DNA of 64,000 nt from Candidatus Hydrogenedentota bacterium (lineage in GTDB: Bacteria > Hydrogenedentota > Hydrogenedentia > Hydrogenedentales > SLHB01): positions 47,101 to 111,100 of the forward strand of contig BTVY01000018.1 of NCBI GenBank assembly GCA_045863335.1, written 5' to 3'. The notes below the pieces were generated by a model. The model worked only from the letters and a program-made list of their open reading frames with translations, did no database searches and was not told the DNA's origin. Positions 8,968-18,100 of the stretch are shown in pieces; the stretch's first letter is position 1; every line of letters starts with the position of its first letter. The position numbers and the translations under genes are program-made.

Positions 8968-9182
8968 AACATCCCCCTTGATCCCCCTTCAAAGGGGGAA
9001 TCGCTTTCCGTCATGCCTCTGCGGATGTGCGGTCTTAGTATCTACCCGAATTCATCGTGTGAGATTCCCGCAACGCGAAGCGTTGCGCCCCGTTTATCAC
9101 ATGCGTACCGCCCAATCCAGCGTATTGTTCATTCACCCGAGAAGAGCGATTCCCCCTTTGAAGGGGGATAAAGGGGGATGTT
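8968..9182. repeat. REP/REPIN-like element with 38-bp terminal inverted repeats
   Basis: AACATCCCCCTTGATCCCCCTTCAAAGGGGGAATCGCT (8968-9005) and its reverse complement with one mismatch (9145-9182); each contains a CCCCCTT..AAGGGGG hairpin. Confidence 0.88.
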
Positions 9183-9243
9183 GTCTTAGGTTCCTAGGAA
9201 GCGTTTTTGGAACACGCGGCGCTGCGTGTTGGGGGAGCGCATC

Positions 9244-10005
9244 ATGATACGAGTCGGCGGCAAACGCGTTGTGTTGTCTTCCGTCGCGGTGGTTGTGTTG
9301 GCGTGTCTGGCGGCCGTGGTTGCGATCCGGTGTCAGTCCCACGGGCCCATGCCGCAGGGCTTGCCGACCGCGGCCCCGGAAGGTCCGGGTTGGGTCAACC
9401 TGCTCGACCCGGAGCACGCCGGAGGTTGGGAGAACGTCACGGACGACTCCAACATCTTTGGAATCAGCGATGGTGTGCTCCACATTTACGGGCGCACGAT
9501 CTACCCGTTGCGGTACGTCGCGTATACGCCGGAGGAATTCGGCGATTTCGATCTCCACCTCGAATTCAAAGTGAGACACCGCGCGAACAGCGGCGTGTTT
9601 CTCCGAGCCAACCCGAGCGATCCCGTGGCGCGCGGGTTTGAAATCCAAGTCCTCGGCGATCACGGCAAGCTGCCGTCCAAGAACAGTTGCGGCGCCATTT
9701 ACGACGTGGTGACGCCCATGTTCAACATGTCCCGTCCACCACGCGAATGGAACAGTTACGACATCTCCGTGCGCGGAAAGCAGGTGACCGTCCTCATGAA
9801 CGGATGGAAGATTATCGAGACGGACTTCGCCTTGATGACAGAGCCTCTCGGAAAGTTCAAGGTCGCCTACACCGATCTCCCGCTCCAAGGCCTCATCGCG
9901 CTCCAGGATCACGGAGGCGAAGTCTGGTACCGGAACATCTACATCCGGAAACACACGGCCAATGCTACGATGTCCGACAGTCCTCAACGAGATGAGCCGA
10001 ATTAA
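9244..10005 (+). CDS. DUF1080 / 3-keto-disaccharide hydrolase family protein, exported
   Basis: FGDFDLHLEFK, ANSGVFLR, GFEIQVL, GAIYD, EWNSYDI, IALQDHG..VWYRNIYIR motifs; N-terminal hydrophobic segment. Confidence 0.9.
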   Translation: MIRVGGKRVVLSSVAVVVLACLAAVVAIRCQSHGPMPQGLPTAAPEGPGWVNLLDPEHAGGWENVTDDSNIFGISDGVLHIYGRTIYPLRYVAYTPEEFGDFDLHLEFKVRHRANSGVFLRANPSDPVARGFEIQVLGDHGKLPSKNSCGAIYDVVTPMFNMSRPPREWNSYDISVRGKQVTVLMNGWKIIETDFALMTEPLGKFKVAYTDLPLQGLIALQDHGGEVWYRNIYIRKHTANATMSDSPQRDEPN

Positions 10006-10164
10006 CATCCCCCTTGATCCCCCTTCAAAGGGGGAGTTCAATACAACGCTATGCGTTGTGCCTTGAGGTCGTCGATAGCTTGGATTCGGAGCGCGCCCCG
10101 TAAAAAGAAACAATAAATATCCGGACGGGCCATTTCCCCCTTCGAAGGGGGATCAAGGGATGTT
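10004..10164. repeat. Second REP/REPIN-like element, same family
   Basis: AACATCCCCCTTGATCCCCCTTCAAAGGGGGA (10004-10035) and inverted copy TCCCCCTTCGAAGGGGGATCAAGGGATGTT (10135-10164). Confidence 0.88.
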
Positions 10165-10172
10165 TTTTCCCG

Positions 10173-11075
10173 CTACTCGTCATCGCGGGTCAGCCAGAAG
10201 CGCATCATCTTCGATACAAGGTCCGCTGCGTCATGGTGGACCCAATGGCCTGCGCCGGGCACAGTGACCAGCGTCAAGTCCTTCTCCAGCCACTCCCAGG
10301 TGCGGTTCAGCATGGCGTGGCTCAAGGCCCGGTCTTCCAACCCGTGGAACATGAGCACGGGCATCTTCATTTTCACCACCGGCGAAGTATCTTCCAGGTA
10401 GGGCTCGCGCGGGTAATTCATCTTGTAGTAGGCAAGCATGGCCTCAAAATCCGAAAGCTGAAAGGCCTCCAGGTACCGTTCTTTGATGAGATCGCTTTCG
10501 TCTGGCACAACCGCAGCCACCAGCGACTCTGCGGTCAAGGTCGCCGCCGCGTTGGGCTGTTGAAAGTTGCGCGCGTATTGGCTGTTTTTCTGCTGCACTT
10601 CATTGTGGGCGAGTTCCCGGGAGAACCCGCGCGGATGAGGCAGATTGCAGATGACCAGCCGTTCGGTCATCTCAGGACGCGCCATGGCGAACATCCACGC
10701 GACCGCGCCGCCCCAGTCGTGTCCCACGACGATTGCCCTGTCCTGCCCGTAGTGACGGATTACTGCTTCGACATCGCTGACCAGATGGGGCGCCGCGTAG
10801 TTCTCGACGCCCTCGGGTTTGTCGCTGAGGTTGTAGCCTCGAAGATCCATGGCGACGACGTGGAACCGATCAGACAACGCGGCCATCTGATGACGCCAGC
10901 TATACCAGAAATCCGGAAACCCATGAATCATCACAACCAGGGGGCCTTCGCCCAATGATGCTGCATGCAAGCGGACACCTTGGTTGTCGATGTAGTCGTG
11001 GGATACGTGATCGAAGATGTCCGAGTCTTCCGCCGCGGCCATCAAACATGAAGCAAGTGTAGCGAGCATCATCAT
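10173..11075 (-). CDS. Alpha/beta hydrolase, epoxide hydrolase-like
   Basis: HGFP oxyanion motif, GHDWGG Asp nucleophile, GHWVH catalytic His. Confidence 0.9.
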   Translation of the reverse strand: MMMLATLASCLMAAAEDSDIFDHVSHDYIDNQGVRLHAASLGEGPLVVMIHGFPDFWYSWRHQMAALSDRFHVVAMDLRGYNLSDKPEGVENYAAPHLVSDVEAVIRHYGQDRAIVVGHDWGGAVAWMFAMARPEMTERLVICNLPHPRGFSRELAHNEVQQKNSQYARNFQQPNAAATLTAESLVAAVVPDESDLIKERYLEAFQLSDFEAMLAYYKMNYPREPYLEDTSPVVKMKMPVLMFHGLEDRALSHAMLNRTWEWLEKDLTLVTVPGAGHWVHHDAADLVSKMMRFWLTRDDE

Positions 11076-11166
11076 CGGGTTTCTCCTGAGTCAGGGACCA
11101 CGCCATCCGCGTTGCAAGACACGGCAAACCATTTCACGTTTCCAAGCATGACACACCATTCTGAGT

Positions 11167-11237
11167 ATCGCTATCGGCATCGGTATCGGTATCGCTGTCG
11201 GGCACTTTTCCACTTCGAACCCGATACCGATTTCGAT
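11167..11237. repeat. Second inverted hexamer-array element (ATCGGT / ACCGAT)
   Basis: 6 units at 11167-11202 and 4 complementary units at 11214-11237; same family as 7380-7488. Confidence 0.82.
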
Positions 11238-11346
11238 TAGGCATTGACATCTATCTCGCGCGAGCGTAGACGGTTCCGGTGCAGCCCTTCGACAGACTAG
11301 CATTTTGCGCAGTTCGGTGCGAATGCTCGCATTTATCGCGGTTCTC

Positions 11347-11375
11347 TTGAACCCATTTCACCTGCAACGTACAAT
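11347..11375 (+). promoter_or_regulatory. Putative sigma70 promoter of the sigma factor gene
   Basis: TTGAAC, 17 bp, TACAAT. Confidence 0.6.
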
Positions 11376-11522
11376 GAGGAAGCGGCAGTCTCGCATTTCC
11401 GCGGGTGGGTAACTCGAGACCGTCATCCCGTCGCTATCCGGTGGGATGATCGCCCCGCCGGACCGTGTTATTCCCGCATGTGTCGTGATTCCGAACTAGG
11501 CCCAAGTGGAAGAGGACCTCGG

Positions 11523-12353
11523 ATGTCCAATATCAGAGAAAGCGGCTTAAGCACGTATTTGGCCGAGATCTCCCGCATCCCGCTTCTGGCTACTTCGGAA
11601 GAGATTCGCCTTGCAGAGGAAGCCCAAAAAGGCAGCGCGGAAGCGCGGCGCAAGTTGATCGTCTCGAATCTGCGGCTCGTGGTGAGCATCGCGAAGAAGT
11701 ATCTCTACTACGGGCTGCCGTTGCAGGACCTCATCGAAGAAGGCAACATCGGCCTCATGAAGGCCGTCGAACGCTACGATCCGGGCCGGGGGTGCAAGTT
11801 CTCGACGTATGCGACGTGGTGGATCCGGCAGGCCATCACGCGGGCCTTGTCCAACTACGGGCGAACGGTGCGCATCCCGGTCTACGTGACGGACAACGTG
11901 GCGCGCTACAAGAAAACCGCCGAAGAGTTGTACATCAAGACCGGCAAACGGCCGGATGCAGAAGAAGTGGCCGAGGCCATGGGGATCAAGATTTCGGAAG
12001 CGCTCAAGCTGCAATCCTTCGTCGATGAGGTTTCGCCATTAGACAACCCGGAAACGATGAGCGATGACAACGGCCGGGGTATCCCCGAGGCCCTCGAACC
12101 GCGACGGGTAGACGAGGCCATCGCGCAGATCGAGTTGGACCAGCAGCTTGAAGAGATTATGAAGCAATTGAACCCCCGCGAGCAGAATATCATCCGGTTT
12201 CGCTACGGATTGATGGACGGCCGAGCCCACACGCTGGAGCAGACGGGGCGCAAGTTCAACCTGACGCGGGAGCGTATCCGCCAGATTGAAAACGACGTCA
12301 TGAAGCGGCTGCGCAAGTTCGTTTCCGAACGGGCTGACGACTTCGGGCCGTAG
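11523..12353 (+). CDS. RNA polymerase sigma-70 factor, RpoD/RpoS-like, lacking region 1.1
   Basis: [54 protein letters not shown]. Confidence 0.94.
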   Translation: MSNIRESGLSTYLAEISRIPLLATSEEIRLAEEAQKGSAEARRKLIVSNLRLVVSIAKKYLYYGLPLQDLIEEGNIGLMKAVERYDPGRGCKFSTYATWWIRQAITRALSNYGRTVRIPVYVTDNVARYKKTAEELYIKTGKRPDAEEVAEAMGIKISEALKLQSFVDEVSPLDNPETMSDDNGRGIPEALEPRRVDEAIAQIELDQQLEEIMKQLNPREQNIIRFRYGLMDGRAHTLEQTGRKFNLTRERIRQIENDVMKRLRKFVSERADDFGP

Positions 12354-12512
12354 TTGGGGTATTTGGGGGCAGCGCCGTTACGCACCGGCGCACAGGAATT
12401 TCTGGTTGGGGACGCGCTCCTCACGATGCCCACGCACTCCGGCCGCGCGCATGAATTCCGCCGGCCTCCTTTGTCGTTATGATTGAATTGTGAGAAGGAG
12501 AACTAGACCCCG

Positions 12513-13034
12513 ATGGATCTCGCACCGCTTATTCGCAACGTTCCCGATTTCCCCATTCCGGGAATTCAATTCAAGGACATCACGACGCTGCTGCAACATC
12601 CCAAGGCGTTCCGCTTCATCATCGACGGATGGAAGCGCCGGTACGAGAGCCAAGGGATCACGGCCATCGTGGGCGCTGATGCGCGCGGCTTCATCTTCGG
12701 CGGCGCTCTTGCCTACGCCATGGACCTGCCCTTCGTGCCGGTCCGGAAGAAAGGCAAGTTGCCGGCGGACACGCTTTGCGAAGAGTACGAGTTGGAATAC
12801 GGCACCGCCGTCTTGGAGATTCATCGAGACGCGTTGAAGCCCGGCGATAAGGTTGTGCTTATTGACGATCTGCTGGCGACCGGCGGCACCATGCGCGCCA
12901 TCGCGAATATGGTAAAGCGTCTCGGCGCGGAGATTGTGGAGATTGCATTTGTGGTGGAGTTGCCCCCGCTGAAAGGACGCGAAAAGCTAACCGAATATCC
13001 CGTCCATTCGCTGGTGGAATTCATGGTGGAGTAA
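12513..13034 (+). CDS. apt: Adenine phosphoribosyltransferase
   Basis: PDFPIPGIQFKDITTLL, ARGF, VRKKGKLP, YELEYG, DDLLATGGT. Confidence 0.97.
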   Translation: MDLAPLIRNVPDFPIPGIQFKDITTLLQHPKAFRFIIDGWKRRYESQGITAIVGADARGFIFGGALAYAMDLPFVPVRKKGKLPADTLCEEYELEYGTAVLEIHRDALKPGDKVVLIDDLLATGGTMRAIANMVKRLGAEIVEIAFVVELPPLKGREKLTEYPVHSLVEFMVE

Positions 13035-13039
13035 GGAAG

Positions 13040-13876
13040 ATGACGACGCAGACGGTTCCCGGTTCGGATATTCAAATCATTCGCGACGTAGAGCGCGGGC
13101 GATTCAAGCACGCCCTCTTCGATTTCGACGGCACGGTCAGCCTCCTGCGCGAAGGCTGGCAGCAGGTCATGGGTCCGCTCATGGCCGAGATGATCTGTGA
13201 CGGCGGCACGCCGACGCCCGAGATTGAGAAGGCGGTCGCCGATTATGTGGATGAATCGACGGGCATCAACACGATCCTGCAGATGGAACACCTGGTCGAG
13301 ATGGTCCGCGACTACGGCATCGTGCCCGAGGACAAGATCCTCGACGCCCACGGCTACAAGAAGATTTACAACGATCGGCTCATGGAAGTGGTGCGCGAGC
13401 GCATCGCCAAGTTGAAATCCGGCGATCTGAAACCCGTCGATGTCACCGTCAAGGGGTCCCTCGATTTCGTCAAAGCTATCCACGACCGCGGACTGCACAT
13501 GTACATCTTCAGCGGCACCGACCGCGACGACGTACAGAACGAAGCGGCCCTCGTCGGTGCGGCGCAGTATTTCTCCGAGATCTGGGGCGCGCTCCGCACG
13601 TACGCGGAGAGCAACAAGGAAATGATCATCAAGGCCATCCTCGGCGAACACGATTTGCACGGATCCGAAGTGCTCGTCGTGGGCGACGGCCCGGTGGAGA
13701 TCCGGCTCGCCCACGAGCACGGCTGCGTCTCCGTCGGGGTATGTTCCGATGAGCTCCGGGGCCACGGGTGGAGCGAGGAAAAACGCGAACGGCTCACGCG
13801 CGCGGGCGCGGACATCCTCATTCCCGATTTCGGCGAGTGGGAAGCGCTGGTGGGGTACTTGTTCACTTCGTCTTAG
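13040..13876 (+). CDS. HAD family hydrolase
   Basis: Motif I FDFDGT; motif IV VVGDGPVE. Confidence 0.88.
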   Translation: MTTQTVPGSDIQIIRDVERGRFKHALFDFDGTVSLLREGWQQVMGPLMAEMICDGGTPTPEIEKAVADYVDESTGINTILQMEHLVEMVRDYGIVPEDKILDAHGYKKIYNDRLMEVVRERIAKLKSGDLKPVDVTVKGSLDFVKAIHDRGLHMYIFSGTDRDDVQNEAALVGAAQYFSEIWGALRTYAESNKEMIIKAILGEHDLHGSEVLVVGDGPVEIRLAHEHGCVSVGVCSDELRGHGWSEEKRERLTRAGADILIPDFGEWEALVGYLFTSS

Positions 13877-13898
13877 AAACCGCCCAAAAGGACGCGCC

Positions 13899-14294
13899 AT
13901 GCAAGCGAAGGGGATCCTGGAGACTGCGCTGTATGTGGATGACCTGGACGCGGCGAAGGCGTTCTACCGCGATGTGCTGGGCCTGACGCTACACGCGGAG
14001 ATGGAAGGCCGTCACGCTTTCTTCCGTTGCGGCGATCGGATGTTTCTGGTGTTCGATCCCCAGACAACGATCGCGCCGAGCGATCGTTTTCCGGCCCATG
14101 GCGCGATCGGTCCCGGACACGTCGCTTTTGAACTGGATCCCGATTCGATCGATGCATGGCGCGAGCGTTTGGCGCTGGCAGGCGTTCCGATTGAGAAGGA
14201 GCTGGAATGGCCCAACGGCGGGTTCTCCATCTACTTCCGCGATCCCGCCGGCAACAGCGTTGAACTGGCGACCCGCCAGGTCTGGGGACTATGA
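13899..14294 (+). CDS. VOC/glyoxalase family protein
   Basis: LETALYVDDL...FYRDVLGL, GHVAF, SIYFRDPAGNSVEL. Confidence 0.9.
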   Translation: MQAKGILETALYVDDLDAAKAFYRDVLGLTLHAEMEGRHAFFRCGDRMFLVFDPQTTIAPSDRFPAHGAIGPGHVAFELDPDSIDAWRERLALAGVPIEKELEWPNGGFSIYFRDPAGNSVELATRQVWGL

Positions 14295-14305
14295 CGCCGT
14301 CCGCC

Positions 14306-15106
14306 TCAGTCCGTATGCATCGGTTCCCAGAGATACTGCCGCAGCGTATACCCCTGCCCCTCGACCGCCACGGCCGCCGCGTAGTCCGGCTCGGTCTCCA
14401 GCGCGAGCATGGACCACCGGCCCGCTTCGCCTTCGTCACCGTGCGTCATCAACAAGGCCGCCGGTTCGCCCGGCTTCAACGACACGTCGAAGGCGTCCAA
14501 TGGAAACGAAAGCCCTTCGCCGCGGGCTTTGATGTAGGCCTCCTTGCGGGTCCAGCAATTGAGGAAACCCGCTTCTCGTTGGTCCTTCGGTAAAGTCCGC
14601 AAGGTGTAGGCTTCCCGCGGCGAGAAGAAGCGATCGGCGATGCGCTGTCCGGCGAAATCCGGCCGGTTCCGTTCGATGTCGATCCCCACGTTTCGTCCAA
14701 GCACAAACGCGTAAACCACGAGCAACCCCGAATGGGCGAGGTTGAATCGTATCGAGGCGTCACCGGCGGAGTCCGCCAGCGCGGGTTTTCCGTGAGAGCT
14801 GTAGGAAAAGGAAATGCGGTCTGGAGCGACGCCGAGATAGCGGCCGAGAATGTCACGCAGTACGCCGCGTCCGACGATGTAGTATTCCCGGCCGCCGGGA
14901 TAGTGGAAGCGGTCGGCCCGCGTCTTCTCCTCGTCACACAGCGTTTCGCGCAATGCGCGAATGGTCTCGGCGGATTGATCGAGACGCGCGCGCCATACGT
15001 GCAATTCGCCGTCAGTCAGGGCGAGCGACTTCGGGCAATCGAGCCAGGCAGCATCGGGGGACGTCGGATTCATGGCAGTACCAGGGTTGTGGACCGTTCC
15101 TGCCAT
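14306..15106 (-). CDS. Sfp-type 4'-phosphopantetheinyl transferase
   Basis: HGKP, FNLAHS, VGIDIE, WTRKEAYIKARGEG motifs; directly downstream of the PKS (start may be 15073). Confidence 0.94.
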   Translation of the reverse strand: MAGTVHNPGTAMNPTSPDAAWLDCPKSLALTDGELHVWRARLDQSAETIRALRETLCDEEKTRADRFHYPGGREYYIVGRGVLRDILGRYLGVAPDRISFSYSSHGKPALADSAGDASIRFNLAHSGLLVVYAFVLGRNVGIDIERNRPDFAGQRIADRFFSPREAYTLRTLPKDQREAGFLNCWTRKEAYIKARGEGLSFPLDAFDVSLKPGEPAALLMTHGDEGEAGRWSMLALETEPDYAAAVAVEGQGYTLRQYLWEPMHTD

Positions 15107-15151
15107 TCACTGTAGGGACGCCGCAGGGGCGGAGTCAATAACCGGCTCGCG

Positions 15152-18100
15152 TTACGCGGACTGATCTTTCGGAACGGGATTCGGTTCGTACTCGGCCCGT
15201 GCGCGTTCCAGGCAGTCTTTCAGCGTAGCGCCGACGGTTTCGATGAACGGTTTGATCAGCATCACGGCGTGATTGCCGGGTACCGTAATAACTTCGAGAC
15301 CGCCGTCCGCGACCTCGCCCCATCCGAGGGTCGGGTCTTCGTGAAGCTTGTGCATCACCGACTGGTCTTCCGCGCGGAGCAGTGTGATCTTGCCTGAATA
15401 CGATTCGGGGATGTACTTGAGCAAGACCTTCCAATTCGCTTTCAGCACCTTCATGGCGCGCCGGGTAGACGGCTGCTGGATCAGCATGAGCCGCGAATCG
15501 CGGGTCACGACGTTGGCGATATCCGCGCGTTTGAGCAGCAGATCGCGGATGGCATCGGCCCACGCCCACGTGACGTACTCCCAAGCCGACGGTGCGTTCT
15601 TTCCGCTTCGCCCTTTCTTCAAGGCAGACGGTAGGATGAGGTAAATGCCGTCGCGAATGTAAGGGCCCGTGTGGCGGACGACATCGAAACACATGATGAG
15701 CTGGTTCCAACTCCACTTCAGCCGTTCGCGCCAGCTCTGGGTCCGCAACGTCAGCACGCGGGCTTCCGTATCCATGATGGCAAGTAGCGCGACCGTGTGC
15801 CCCGCCTTCGTGAGTTGTTGTGCGATCTCGAAGGCCACCGCGCCGCCAAATGACCAGCCGCCTACGTAATACGGCCCCTCCGGCTGAATGGCGCGAATCG
15901 CCGCGACGTGTTCCGCCGCGAGATCTTCCATCGTCTCGTAGGGTTCCTGGGTCGGGTTCAGGCTCGGATCCTGCAAGGCGTAAAACGGCGTCTCATCGCC
16001 AATATACTGGGGCAGGTTGAAGTACGTGTACGCGATCCCGCCAGCGGGCGCCGCGCAGAAGAACGGCGCGTGATCGCCTTTGGGCTGCACGCGAATGACA
16101 TGCTGGACCGTCTGCGCCACCGTCGGCTCGCCGCCGGACCCAAGGGTCTCCTCCACAGGAAGCGAATACCCGAGTTCGGCCGCGACGCGTCGCGAATACC
16201 CGCCGAGACGGCGTGGCAGGCGGATGCGTTTCCACACCGTGCCCAAGGCCGGATCGATATCCTTATGATTCATGAAATTCGGATCGCCAACAGGCGCCGA
16301 CGCCGAGTGAACGCCGTCGGTCATCCGCTTCCCTTCGTAGGGCTTGAGCACTGCCCGGTCGAAGGGAATCTCGAGGAACGCGCAGAGCGCCTTCATGGTC
16401 TTTTCGGGATCGCTCACCAGATCTTCGTAGCGCACGAGGTGATGCTTGGACTTAATCAACGGCGACAGGAAGTCCCGGATGTTGGCATTCATGACGGACC
16501 ACACGTCTTCGCCGAGCGCCATGGAGTCCGTCTCGCCTTCCGTCATCAACCGTTCAAAGCGATTGCGCATGAAGGACTCGATGGCGGAATACGGATGCCG
16601 CACGAGATGGATGTACTTGGCGCCTTCGAAAATGCGTTCAGCGTGTTCCAGCGTTTCGATGCTCGATCCATACGATGGAGACTTGTCGACCAGGATGCGC
16701 GGCGCCACCTTGTCCTGTAGCATGGCGTATACCCTCTCGACGGGCGCGTTCTCCCGGATCAACTGGTCAAGTTTCGCTTTGGATTCTTCCGCGGTCAAGC
16801 CATCCACTTCCATGAACGCGCGTTGCAGCCCTTCGCCGAGATAGGATTTGCCGAGATCCTCGCTCCACTCGCGCATGCTGTTGAATTGCAGCAGATGCAA
16901 CTCGGGCGGGCAGAACAGATCGGGATGGCCGGCCAGCATCACGCGCAAGAGCGTCGAACCGCAGCGCGGACCGGACAAGAGAAACACGACCGGCTTGTTT
17001 TTCACCGCGGGAACTGTGGTCTTCAGCCTGCGACGAGCCGTTAGCACTCCGGCTCGCCCGGTAGGCGCGGCGGGCACAGCCGCCTCGATGGGCGTCGGCG
17101 CGAGATTCGCTATTTCGTCCGCGAGATAAGGCGCGAGTTGCTGAATAGTCGGCCGGTCGAATACCTCCTTCGGGAACAGCTTCAGGCCCAAGTCGCGTTC
17201 GATGCTGTTCATCATCTCCATCATCATGATGGAGTCGAGACCCAGTTCGATGAAATTGCGATCCAGCGGAATCGTGTATTCACCGCGATAAAGCACCTTA
17301 GCCAATTCGCGGCGCAGGTAGATCTCCAATTCCTTCGGATCGGCCGAATCCGCGGCAGGCGAAGGAGACTCACTCGCGCGCGTGCGCGACTCAACGGGCG
17401 GTGGAATAAGTTCGGACAATGCCGCGCCGTGGGACGACGCGGACATACGCGAACCGACGACGCTCCAGTCCGTGTCCATGACGCCGACTTGAACCGGCGA
17501 CGCGAGGACCAGATTCTCGAGCACCGCGATTCCGTCCGCGGGCGGAATGCTCTTGATACCGGCGTGCGCGAGACGCTCGCCCAGGCGCGCATCCGCCGCC
17601 ATGCCGACCTCTGCCCAAGGCCCCCAGTTGATGCTCAGCGCAGGCTGCCCTTTTGCGCGGCGATAGTGGGCGAGGCCATCCAGGAACGCGTTGGCCGCGG
17701 CGTAATTGGCCTGTCCCGGCGATCCCAGGATGGCAGCCGCGGACGAGAACAGAATGAAGAAGTCGAGGTCACCCGAGCCGCCGCCGTTGAACGCGTGATG
17801 AAGTTGCCAACTCCCGTTGACTTTGGGCCGCAACACACGATCCAACGCGTCTGCATCCAGTTGGGTTACCGCGTGGTCTTCCAGAACGCCGGCCGCGTGC
17901 ACCACGCCGCAAATGGGCAGTCCTTCATCGCGCCGGTACGCCTCCAGGAACCGCGTGAGATCGCCGTCCTTGCCGACGTCGACGGATGCGACGAGAACCT
18001 CGGTTCCGCGCGCTTCCAAGGCGCGCAACGCGGCGATGCGACTGCTTTCCGGGGAATCGGATTGCACCGAATCCCAGGTATCCTTCGGGGGAAGCGCCGT

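Noticed and set aside
7380-11237. Possible CRISPR array among the repeats
   Set aside because: No direct repeats separated by regular unique spacers, and no cas genes.
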